Below, one piece after another: positions 27,224 through 36,229 of a DNA stretch of 64,000 nucleotides (the stretch's first letter is position 1; each line of letters opens with the position of its first letter). The stretch is taken from IMG/VR virus record IMGVR_UViG_3300043435_001124. One strand, written 5' to 3'. The translations under genes were made by a program, and so were the position numbers. This DNA is from an uncultured virus (IMG/VR IMGVR_UViG_3300043435_001124). Lineage: Duplodnaviria > Heunggongvirae > Uroviricota > Caudoviricetes. The notes beneath the pieces are model-generated. The model did not search any database, was not told the DNA's origin, and worked only from the letters and a program-made list of their open reading frames with translations.

Positions 27224-27925
27224 ATGAAAATTGCTGTTATAACTGCTTCAATAGGAACAAATAAACTATTACCTCAACAAAAGTATGATGGTGTTGATTA
27301 TCATGCTTTTGTTGATAATAGTGAAAATAATAACGATTGGGTTGAACATCCAGATCTTCAATATTGGAATCAACATTCTGCTATTCAATTTTCTTCAGAC
27401 CCAGTTTATGCAAATCGAAGAAATGCAAAGATTTATAAGATAATTCCTTTTGCATTTCTTCCAGATTATGATTATTATTTTTGGATTGATTCGACTCATA
27501 TTTTAGAACAAAATCCAAATAATCTTGTAGAAACTTATCTTAAAGATGCTGACGTTGCAGTTTTTAAACATCAACAACGGGAATGTATTTACAAAGAGGG
27601 TGAGTTTATCAAACAAATTAAATTTGATTATTCAAATTTAATTGATGATCAACTTGCTTTTTATAAGAATATGTGCTATCCTGAAGGTAATGGATTGTAT
27701 GAACTTCCGGTAAGATTTCAACGCAATAATGAATTAACACAAAAAATGGGATTGATGTGGTGGGAGCAAATTTGTATGTTTTCATCTAGAGATCAATTAA
27801 GTTTCCCTTTTGTATGCCATCAACTTAATATTAATTTATCAATATTACCTGGTGCTGCTAATACAATCCGAGGTAATTCTATCGCACCTCAAGTAATTAT
27901 GTCCAATCATAGTAGAATATTCTAA
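27224..27925 (+). CDS. DUF616 (TOD1/MUCI70-like) glycosyltransferase
   Basis: AKIYKIIP; WID; FKH..R.CIY.E; SSRDQLSF. Confidence 0.8.
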   Translation: MKIAVITASIGTNKLLPQQKYDGVDYHAFVDNSENNNDWVEHPDLQYWNQHSAIQFSSDPVYANRRNAKIYKIIPFAFLPDYDYYFWIDSTHILEQNPNNLVETYLKDADVAVFKHQQRECIYKEGEFIKQIKFDYSNLIDDQLAFYKNMCYPEGNGLYELPVRFQRNNELTQKMGLMWWEQICMFSSRDQLSFPFVCHQLNINLSILPGAANTIRGNSIAPQVIMSNHSRIF

Positions 27926-29247
27926 TGTGTAGTTTTCTTTTTACTGATAAAGATATAAATGATTTAGATCACGTTAATCATTTTATGAAGTTTCGTGGAC
28001 CAGATTTGACTAAAACTATTGAGATTAATGAATATACATTTATTCATAATATTTTGTCAATTACCGGAACGTTCTCTGAACAACCTTTTGTGAATCATGA
28101 TGATCAAATTGTTTGTATTTATAATGGCGAAATCTATAACTATCTAGAATTTGGTGAATACAATTCTGATGGTGAATGTCTCATTCCATTATATAAAAAA
28201 TATGGGGATAAGTTTGTAAAAGAACTTGATGGTGAGTTTGCTATCGTCCTTGTTGACTTTAAGAATAATAAAATCATTATATCTACTGATGTATTTTCCA
28301 CAAAACCATTATGGTTTTCGATTGGAGATCAACTTGCTGTAGCAACGTATGAGTCTGCAGTAAAAGCATTAGGATTTAGAAAGGCAACTAAACTTGATGC
28401 AAATACCACACAAGTTTTTGATTTGGAAACCAGAAAATTACTTCAAGAATTTTGTGTTTATGAATTTGATTTAATACAACATAAAACCGACTTTTCTGAT
28501 TGGATTATTTCATTTGAAAATTCTATTCGAAAGCGTACATCCAATCTTAGAGAAAATATCTTTATTGGACTTTCGAGTGGATATGATAGTGGTGGAATTG
28601 CTTGTGAATTGAATAAACAAAATGTTCCGTATAAAGCATATACTGTAGTTGGAAGTGAAAATAAGGAAATCTTGGATAAGAGATTTTCTATGTTTAATGA
28701 AAATTGTTCTGGGCAATATCTTGAAGATAATCGTTGGCAATATAGAGATTACATTAATCGGAATGTGGAAGAATTTAAATATAGAATTTATTCTTCAAGT
28801 AACGACTATAATGAGTTTGATAGGAGACTTCAGGATGATAACGGATCTTGTGGTCTATCTATGATTTGTGATAATGCTAAAAGGGAAGGAAAAAAAGTAT
28901 ATCTTTCTGGATCTGGGTCCGATGAAATTTTTTCTGACTATGGATTTAATGGTGAGAAAAAGTTTCTCCACAGTAATTTTGGTGGATTATTTCCAGAAGA
29001 TCTAACTACAATCTTTCCATGGGCATCTTTTTATGGAAGTACAATGGTTTCATACTTGGCAAAGGAAGAATATGTTGCTGGATCTTATGGTATAGAAACT
29101 AGGTATCCATATCTGGATACATATGTCGTACAAGAATTTTTATGGTTAAATTGCAATCTTAAAAATTTAAAATACAAATCAGTTTTGGATGAATATTTAA
29201 CTAAATCAAACTATCCATTTGAAAAAAATATTAAAAGAGGATTTTGA
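27925..29247 (+). CDS. Asparagine synthetase B-like glutamine amidotransferase
   Basis: N-terminal Cys2; RGPD; YNGEIYN; LSSGYDS; SGSGSDEIF; ETRYPYLD. Confidence 0.88.
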   Translation: MCSFLFTDKDINDLDHVNHFMKFRGPDLTKTIEINEYTFIHNILSITGTFSEQPFVNHDDQIVCIYNGEIYNYLEFGEYNSDGECLIPLYKKYGDKFVKELDGEFAIVLVDFKNNKIIISTDVFSTKPLWFSIGDQLAVATYESAVKALGFRKATKLDANTTQVFDLETRKLLQEFCVYEFDLIQHKTDFSDWIISFENSIRKRTSNLRENIFIGLSSGYDSGGIACELNKQNVPYKAYTVVGSENKEILDKRFSMFNENCSGQYLEDNRWQYRDYINRNVEEFKYRIYSSSNDYNEFDRRLQDDNGSCGLSMICDNAKREGKKVYLSGSGSDEIFSDYGFNGEKKFLHSNFGGLFPEDLTTIFPWASFYGSTMVSYLAKEEYVAGSYGIETRYPYLDTYVVQEFLWLNCNLKNLKYKSVLDEYLTKSNYPFEKNIKRGF

Positions 29248-29249
29248 TA

Positions 29250-29873
29250 ATGGACAATGAATTAAAAAATACATTTACTCAAATATACAAGACTAAAATT
29301 TGGGGAGAAGGATCTGGGCAAGGATCAACAGATGAACTTATTGTTAATACTTATATTAATGATATTTCTGCTTTTTTAAAATCTTTTAATAACAAACCAA
29401 AAATCATAGATCTTGGATGTGGAGATTTTAATGTTGGATCTAAAATTATTGAATATTCTTCTGAATATATTGCTTGTGATATAGTGGAGTTTATTATAAA
29501 AGAAAATAAAAAAAAATATTTTGATGCAAATGTAGAATTTCAAGTATTGGATATATCTAAGGACGATCTTCCCTTAGGTGATATTGCAATTATTCGGCAA
29601 GTTCTTCAACATTTATCCAATAGAAAAATAAATAATATACTAAAAAATATATACGATACTTACCAGTACGTTATAATTACGGAGCATATTCCAAAAGATA
29701 AATTTATACCCAATATTGATATGTCTTCTGGGAATAAAACTAGAATTGAATTGAATAGTGGGGTTGTTGTAACTGAAAGTCCATTTTCATTAAAAATAAA
29801 GGATCAGAAACTTATAAGTTCAATTACACTTGGGGATACGGTATTAAAAACATTAGTGTATCAATTACACTAA
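29250..29873 (+). CDS. Class I SAM-dependent methyltransferase
   Basis: GSGQGS; IDLGCGDF; RQVLQHL. Confidence 0.85.
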   Translation: MDNELKNTFTQIYKTKIWGEGSGQGSTDELIVNTYINDISAFLKSFNNKPKIIDLGCGDFNVGSKIIEYSSEYIACDIVEFIIKENKKKYFDANVEFQVLDISKDDLPLGDIAIIRQVLQHLSNRKINNILKNIYDTYQYVIITEHIPKDKFIPNIDMSSGNKTRIELNSGVVVTESPFSLKIKDQKLISSITLGDTVLKTLVYQLH

Positions 29874-29930
29874 TGTTGACATTAAATAAATAATGTTTTA
29901 AAATAAAATTAAAATTGGAGATTTAAACAA

Positions 29931-30500
29931 ATGGCAACATATGATGGTAATGGAAATATGATTAGTACTTTATCTGTTGAAGTTCTAAAAAAATATCCAA
30001 ATGAAATATTTGTAGAAACTGGAACTCAAAATGGTCATGGTACTCAAATTGCTCTAGATTGTGGATTTAAAAAAATTCTGACAATCGAAATTGATCATGA
30101 ACAAATTTTGCGTACTAGTAAAAGGTTTGAAAAAGAAATTGAATTGGGAATTATTGAAATTATTGAGGGCGATACTTTTAAAGTCTTTGAAGATGTTCTG
30201 AATAAGGTTGATAAACAAGCTACATTTTGGTTAGATGCCCATTGGGATGGTGGACCTACAAAAGGTGAATATAAATGTCCTCTTCCATTTGAATTAGAAT
30301 TACTATTGAATCATACAATTAAAACTCATACAATATTAGTTGATGATAAGAGGATTATTGGAAATCCAAATAGTACATGGGGAGATGATCTAGATCTTAA
30401 TTTAATTATTGAATCGATGATGGACATTAATCCTGATTATAAAATTTCTTTTGAGGATGGATGTATTCCGGATGATATTATTGTTGCCTGCTTGAAATGA
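29931..30500 (+). CDS. Methyltransferase-like protein
   Basis: FVETGT..G; FWLDAHW; ILVDD.R. Confidence 0.7.
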   Translation: MATYDGNGNMISTLSVEVLKKYPNEIFVETGTQNGHGTQIALDCGFKKILTIEIDHEQILRTSKRFEKEIELGIIEIIEGDTFKVFEDVLNKVDKQATFWLDAHWDGGPTKGEYKCPLPFELELLLNHTIKTHTILVDDKRIIGNPNSTWGDDLDLNLIIESMMDINPDYKISFEDGCIPDDIIVACLK

Positions 30501-31252
30501 GTAAAAATTTAGCAATAACTTGCTTATCAAAGGGATACTCTAACCATGATGAATATGTAGAGATAATTTCTAGAAATAAAAGTATACTTAAATATATTGG
30601 AAAAGACTATCCAATTCTTATATTTAACGAAGGAAATATTTCGATAAATCATCAAAATTACATCTCCAGTTTTACTCCGGAGTTAAAATTTGAATTTATA
30701 AACATAGAAGAGATCTGGAATTCTCAATATCCATATTCTTCTATGTGTAGATTTTTTTCATATTATATATGGAATTATTGTAAACATTACGATTATGTTA
30801 TGAGAATTGATACTGATTGTGAGATTATACAAGGCGAGAATGTTCTTTCTAACTTAGAAAATAAAAATGTTTATTATAAAACAGTATCTTGGCCATGGGG
30901 AGAAAATCATCCAATGACAAATATCAGTCTCCCTCAATTTATTGAGTCAATAACTAATATTGATAGGAATAATTTTTATCATAAATTTCCATATACGAAT
31001 GTTTATCTAAGTCAAGTTAATTTTTGGTTGGATAGTGAAGTTAATAGGATTTTAAAAAATATCTGCTTATCAGATTTACAATTGATTAATAGATGGGGAG
31101 ATCTTCCAATTTTGGGATCATTATTAAATATTTTTGCAAAAGAAAATATTGGAACTTTGCAATTAAAATATAAACATAAATCTCATAATTGCATAGTTGA
31201 TTGTATTAATCAAAAAGTTATTGATGGTAATAATATTGTTTGGAATTGTTGA
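30497..31252 (+). CDS. Glycosyltransferase (GT15/mannosyltransferase-like)
   Basis: YSSMCRFFS; YVMRIDTD; RWGDLP. Confidence 0.7.
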   Translation: MSKNLAITCLSKGYSNHDEYVEIISRNKSILKYIGKDYPILIFNEGNISINHQNYISSFTPELKFEFINIEEIWNSQYPYSSMCRFFSYYIWNYCKHYDYVMRIDTDCEIIQGENVLSNLENKNVYYKTVSWPWGENHPMTNISLPQFIESITNIDRNNFYHKFPYTNVYLSQVNFWLDSEVNRILKNICLSDLQLINRWGDLPILGSLLNIFAKENIGTLQLKYKHKSHNCIVDCINQKVIDGNNIVWNC

Positions 31253-31253
31253 T

Positions 31254-32057
31254 ATGAAATATAGTATTTTTACAACAGCAAATAAATCTTATTACCCTTT
31301 TCTGGATATATTTACAGGTTCTGCTTTAGCAAATTGTAAAAATCTTGATAAAATTTACGTTGCAGATAGTGGACTTGGAAAATACCAAAAAACTATTAAA
31401 GATAAAAATAAAGTTAGTATTTTGGATACTGATTGTATTGATGAATATCGCGGTGTTCATTCTGATGGATGGGTAAAAGCAACTCAAATAAAAACCAAAT
31501 ATCTCAATAAGATTTTTCATGTAATTGATTTTGATCATCCAGTCATTATGATTGATAGTGATGTTTGTATTTTACAAGATATAGAACCAATCATTTCACC
31601 ACACTATGATATTCAAGTTACAACAATGAGTACTGGTGGTCATACAAGAGATGATGGTATTTACATTAGTGAGATTGCAAGTTTTGTTATTTTTAATAAT
31701 ATTCCAAAATGTAAAAGATTTATTCAACGATGGATTAGACAAATGGAAAAATTTTCCGAAAATAAAACTTCTTTTCCACATGAAACTCCGGCATTAAATA
31801 TTACTCTTAAAAATAATTTTGATAATTTAAATATTGGATATTTGGATGAGATAAAAGTATGTGCGGATTTGGAAATTGTAGATGGCACTTATTCTGTACA
31901 TTTTAAAAGTAATGGATCTACCAAAGATAATCCAGTAGTTAATTTTGAAAAAAGAATTTTTTCAGTACAAAATAAAACAAATAATGATTTGGAACTTGAT
32001 GGTTATTTGAATGAGCAAGTTTATGCTGATTGGAGAAATGAACATGAAACTAACTGA
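31254..32057 (+). CDS. Nucleotide-diphospho-sugar transferase-like (GT-A)
   Basis: ADSGL; K.KYL; MIDSDV DxD motif. Confidence 0.65.
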   Translation: MKYSIFTTANKSYYPFLDIFTGSALANCKNLDKIYVADSGLGKYQKTIKDKNKVSILDTDCIDEYRGVHSDGWVKATQIKTKYLNKIFHVIDFDHPVIMIDSDVCILQDIEPIISPHYDIQVTTMSTGGHTRDDGIYISEIASFVIFNNIPKCKRFIQRWIRQMEKFSENKTSFPHETPALNITLKNNFDNLNIGYLDEIKVCADLEIVDGTYSVHFKSNGSTKDNPVVNFEKRIFSVQNKTNNDLELDGYLNEQVYADWRNEHETN

Positions 32058-32928
32058 TAATAGACATTCCCTTTACATTTATTGTGATGGTGGATTTGGA
32101 AACCGATTTAATTCTTTAGTTTCCGGTCTTCTTATATCTAAATTTACTAAAATTGATCCCGTTATTGTGTGGCCCATTACAAATTGGTGTAGATCAAAAT
32201 TTTCAACTTTGTTTGACAATGAATTTGATGTAGTTGAATATAATCTCAATTATTTTGGCATTAATACTCATGAATATGAATTCTTAATGCATGGTAATTT
32301 TTTAAATTTTAACACTCAAGTTCATCATCCACAAAATTTTAGATCTATTGATGATATATGTGCATTTTGTCTTGATTCATCAAAGAATAAAATAGTCTAC
32401 AACAATGATGCAATTCCATATTATATTGGTAAAGATTTAATTGGTATGGTAATAAAAGACTTGATATTTAATAAAAATATAATTAGAGAAGCAAACAATT
32501 ATATACAGAATAATTTGGGAGAAGAATTTGTTGGAATTCATTTAAGAAATACTGATTTCTTTGATCCCCACAAACCAAATTTCAATCAAATTTATCAATA
32601 CGTATTAGAGAATAGAAATAAAAAATATTTTGTATGTTCTGATGATAAAGAAATGGAGGACATGTTTAATGAATTAGAAAATGTATTTGTCTATCCAAAA
32701 ACAAGTTATGTAAAAAAGTTGACTGAAGATGGTGAATGGAGATCTATTATCGTTGATGATACTGGAATTGAATATCCCTTCAATGTAGAAAGGTCAGATG
32801 AGAGTGTGCAGCAAGCAATTGTAGACTTGTACATCTTGTCAAAATCTGATATAATGAAAACTTCTGACAGTTCATTTTTACAGACATCCATTTTATTAAA
32901 AAACTCATACGAAAATGGACAAAAATAA
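32044..32928 (+). CDS. O-fucosyltransferase-like (GT-B) protein
   Basis: GGFGNR; GIHLRNTD; FVCSDD; A.VDLYILSK; SSF. Confidence 0.75.
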   Translation: MKLTDNRHSLYIYCDGGFGNRFNSLVSGLLISKFTKIDPVIVWPITNWCRSKFSTLFDNEFDVVEYNLNYFGINTHEYEFLMHGNFLNFNTQVHHPQNFRSIDDICAFCLDSSKNKIVYNNDAIPYYIGKDLIGMVIKDLIFNKNIIREANNYIQNNLGEEFVGIHLRNTDFFDPHKPNFNQIYQYVLENRNKKYFVCSDDKEMEDMFNELENVFVYPKTSYVKKLTEDGEWRSIIVDDTGIEYPFNVERSDESVQQAIVDLYILSKSDIMKTSDSSFLQTSILLKNSYENGQK

Positions 32929-33706
32929 ATCATCATATAAACTCAAAAACTTTGGTCCCATATATTACCTAAATCTGGACGGTCAACCGGAAAGAAAAGA
33001 GTATATGGAAGATCAATTTGAATATTGGGAAATTGAAAATTATACACGTATCTCTGCATATGATGGTCGTGAAGATGATCTAAGTGATATTCTTAAAGGT
33101 AAGTATCCAGATATGATGTCTTCAGGTGAGATTGGATGCGTAACATCTCATCTTAAGGCAATCAGACACTGGATGGAAACCTCTGATAGTCCATATGCAG
33201 TTATTATGGAAGATGATTGTGATATAGGTGTTGCTAAGTACTGGAACTTTACCTGGCAAGATTTTATTGCTCGTGCTCCTTATGCTTGGGATGTAATTCA
33301 ACTTGCAATTATTTGTACAGGAGATATTGTAGTTCCTGTTCATAATCGGTTTGTGAATGATTTTTCTACTGCGTGTTATGTAATTACTCGTCATCATGCT
33401 CAGAAATTAATTAATAATCACATCCGTGCTGATAAGTACAAACTTGATAATGGTGTAAAACCAAGAGCAGTTGCTGATGATTTAATTTATAATTCTGGAT
33501 GTACTTATGCTACTCCTATGCTCTTATATAAAACAGATCTAGGATCCACTATACATCCAGAGCATGTGGATATTTTTCATAAGAATAGTTATAATGCAAT
33601 ATTAAATTTTTGGGAAACTCAAGGAAGTCAGTTGACATTAGATCAAATTACGAGTTATGACCCTTATCTGGGTAGGATAACCGAACCTTCTCAAAAGTCC
33701 GCTTGA
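32915..33706 (+). CDS. Glycosyltransferase family 25
   Basis: YYLNLD...ER; RISAYDG; GEIGCVTSH; IMEDD. Confidence 0.88.
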   Translation: MDKNKSSYKLKNFGPIYYLNLDGQPERKEYMEDQFEYWEIENYTRISAYDGREDDLSDILKGKYPDMMSSGEIGCVTSHLKAIRHWMETSDSPYAVIMEDDCDIGVAKYWNFTWQDFIARAPYAWDVIQLAIICTGDIVVPVHNRFVNDFSTACYVITRHHAQKLINNHIRADKYKLDNGVKPRAVADDLIYNSGCTYATPMLLYKTDLGSTIHPEHVDIFHKNSYNAILNFWETQGSQLTLDQITSYDPYLGRITEPSQKSA

Positions 33707-33800
33707 CAAATTCAAAATTCTGGTCTATCATAAATATGTTCTTAGAATCCCTTGTTGGAATTCTTAACACTTGTCCTTTAGTATAAAAACAAAAAACTTT

Positions 33801-35327
33801 ATGAAAATCGAACAACTGATGCTTGCGCCCGTTGCTCTTGGTATGATTGCTCCCATTGCCGCAAATGCTGCAGAAATGAATCTTGTAGCAGTCAATCAAT
33901 ATGCCACCAGCGATCAGGTTACAAGTGTCACACAGTTCTCTGATGTTCGTCCAAGTGATTGGGCATATCAGGCACTTTCAAATCTTGTAGAACAATACGG
34001 TTGCGTTGCTGGTTATCCTAATGGCACCTTTAAAGGTGGTCAGGCAATGACCCGTTATGAGGCAGCAGCACTTCTGAATGCTTGCCTAGATCGTGTTACT
34101 GAAGTCACTGACGAACTCAAGAAACTTCTGAATGAATTTCAGGGTGAACTTGCGATTCTTCGTGGTCGTGTAGATGGTCTAGAAGCAAAGGTGGGTGAAC
34201 TGGAGGCAAATCAATTCTCTACCACCACCAAACTTCGTGGTGATACTCGTTGGGTTCTTGGCGGTATTTCCTACGGTGGAGACAGTAAGGACAACTACAA
34301 GAATCTTCGTGAATCTGTATCCTTTAATTATGATGTTCGTCTGAACTTTGATACTTCATTCACTGGTAAGGATCTACTTCGCACTCAACTTCGTGCTGGT
34401 AACTTTAGGGATAGTGCCTTTGGTGCCGCTCCTACGCCTCTTACCAAACTAGATGCTGGATTTGAAGAGAACATCGGTAATGCTGATGGTGGTGATGTAG
34501 TTGCGATTAATCGTCTCTACTACAAGTTCCCTGTTGGCAAAGAGTTTACTGTTGTTGGTGGTCCAGTAGTTCGTCAGGATGATCTGCTTGCTGTGTGGCC
34601 TTCTGTATACACCTCTGATAAGATCCTGAAGGTCTTCCAGTTTGCCGGTGCTCCAGGTGCCTACAATCAGATCCTGGGTGGCGGTGCTGGTGCTTATTGG
34701 AAGAGGGGTGGTTGGTCTGTCGGTGCCGCTTATGTTGCCGGTAATGCTGACCAAGGTAATAGTGCAACTGGTGGTATTGCTAACGGGAACTCTGCTGCTT
34801 CTAGCACAGTTCAACTTGCATACACTGGAAAGAACTGGAACCTGACTGGTGCTTACAACTACTCCAACTATGGTGTAAGTAATGCTGGTACTTCTTTTGA
34901 AACCAGTCTTCTTCCTAATGCAACTACTGGTGGTCAGACTAACTCTGTCTCTCTTGCTGGTTATTGGCAACCCATTAAGTCTGGATGGGCACCTTCTGTT
35001 TCCGCTGGTTGGGGTTACAATGCAATCGGTTATAATGAAGGTGATGGTGTAACTTCTCAATCTTGGTACACTGGTCTGGTTTGGAAAGATGTGATTGCAA
35101 AGGGTAATGCTCTTGGTGTTGCAGTTGGTCAACCTACCTTTGTTACTAATGTCGATAATGGAAACGCTAATGATGGTCAGTATGCTCTTGAGGCATACTA
35201 CAAGATGCAGGTAACTGATAATATTTCAGTTACGCCAGCAATTTTCTATCTGTCTGCACCTCGTGGAGAGACTGATAAGAACCTGGATGCATTTGGTGCA
35301 TTAGTGCAAACAACTTTCCGTTTTTGA
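33801..35327 (+). CDS. Cyanobacterial SLH-domain outer-membrane porin (SomA/OprB-like)
   Basis: Signal peptide; QVTSVTQFSDVRPSDWAYQAL; TRYEAAALLNACLD; FSTTTKL; C-terminal TTFRF. Confidence 0.92.
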   Translation: MKIEQLMLAPVALGMIAPIAANAAEMNLVAVNQYATSDQVTSVTQFSDVRPSDWAYQALSNLVEQYGCVAGYPNGTFKGGQAMTRYEAAALLNACLDRVTEVTDELKKLLNEFQGELAILRGRVDGLEAKVGELEANQFSTTTKLRGDTRWVLGGISYGGDSKDNYKNLRESVSFNYDVRLNFDTSFTGKDLLRTQLRAGNFRDSAFGAAPTPLTKLDAGFEENIGNADGGDVVAINRLYYKFPVGKEFTVVGGPVVRQDDLLAVWPSVYTSDKILKVFQFAGAPGAYNQILGGGAGAYWKRGGWSVGAAYVAGNADQGNSATGGIANGNSAASSTVQLAYTGKNWNLTGAYNYSNYGVSNAGTSFETSLLPNATTGGQTNSVSLAGYWQPIKSGWAPSVSAGWGYNAIGYNEGDGVTSQSWYTGLVWKDVIAKGNALGVAVGQPTFVTNVDNGNANDGQYALEAYYKMQVTDNISVTPAIFYLSAPRGETDKNLDAFGALVQTTFRF

Positions 35328-35330
35328 GGT

Positions 35331-35400
35331 TATAAATAAAATCACCTGACTTGTTGGCGCTTTTCAGGTAAAGATTGGGGGGCAGTAATGCCCTCTTTTC
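35331..35400 (+). ncRNA. Candidate late small RNA: promoter, hairpin with antisense loop, terminator
   Basis: TATAAATA 35331-38; ACCTGA/TCAGGT stem; GGGCA-GTAA-TGCCC terminator; loop complementary to 35416-35429. Confidence 0.5.
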
Positions 35401-35438
35401 TTGTATAAATAGTTTCGCCAACAAGTTAGAGAATAACA

Positions 35439-36155
35439 ATGACTTCACAAAGTCCAAGAATTTACACATATAAAATCACATTTGAAGAAGTTCCTTATTA
35501 TTACTATGGGGTTCATAAGGAACAAGGATTTGATGAAGAGTATTGGGGAACTCCCGTAACAAACCGCTGGTGTTGGGAATTTTATACTCCAGAGAAACAA
35601 ATATTGGAACTATTTGAATATAGTGATGAAGGTTGGATAGAAGCGCAAGAAGTTGAAAAAAGAATAATTAAACCAATCCTTAATAATAAATGGTGCCTTA
35701 ATGAAAATTGTAAAGGGATAATTTCTATAGAAGGATGTAAAAAAGGTGGGAGGATTATGGGAAACTATCTTTATAAAAATGGATTAGGTATTCACGCATT
35801 AACAAAAGAACAGCAGATTGAAAATGGAAAGAAGGGAAATAAGGAGGGTAAAAGAAGAAGTGGAAAAAATGCATATCTTATGAAAACTGGAATTCACGCT
35901 TTTACTGCCGAAGAAAAAAAAGAACTTGGAAGAAAGAGTGGTCGTATTAATTTTGAGATGGGACTTGGAATTCATTCTTTAACCCCAGAGCAAAGAGTTG
36001 AAAATGGAAAAAAGGGTGGAAAAATTGCAGGAAGAATAGTTTCCTCTCAAAGATGGAGATGTTTAGTGACCGGATATATTGCTGCCGCTGGTCCGCTAGC
36101 ATCTTATCAAAAAGCAAGAGGTATTGATAAGAGTTTAAGAGAAAGATTGTCTTAA
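35439..36155 (+). CDS. Putative free-standing homing endonuclease (divergent GIY-YIG-like N-terminus plus repeats)
   Basis: IYTYKITF...YYYYGVH...YWG.; CLN; three G.GIH..T.E repeats; late promoter at 35404. Confidence 0.6.
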   Translation: MTSQSPRIYTYKITFEEVPYYYYGVHKEQGFDEEYWGTPVTNRWCWEFYTPEKQILELFEYSDEGWIEAQEVEKRIIKPILNNKWCLNENCKGIISIEGCKKGGRIMGNYLYKNGLGIHALTKEQQIENGKKGNKEGKRRSGKNAYLMKTGIHAFTAEEKKELGRKSGRINFEMGLGIHSLTPEQRVENGKKGGKIAGRIVSSQRWRCLVTGYIAAAGPLASYQKARGIDKSLRERLS

Positions 36156-36195
36156 CCAAATCTTAGTTGACTCCAAACTTTATTTGCGATAGACT
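36151..36195 (+). promoter_or_regulatory. Putative Pho box and sigma70 promoter of pstS
   Basis: CTTAACCA-AAT-CTTAGTTG with 11-nt period, overlapping TTGACT-17-TAGACT. Confidence 0.5.
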
Positions 36196-36229
36196 GTTTA
36201 TGAAGTTTATTTTATCTTCAAAATTTTTT

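Noticed and set aside
34449..35132. 227-aa antisense ORF within the porin
   Set aside because: By-product of biased codon usage in the sense gene; no recognisable motifs.
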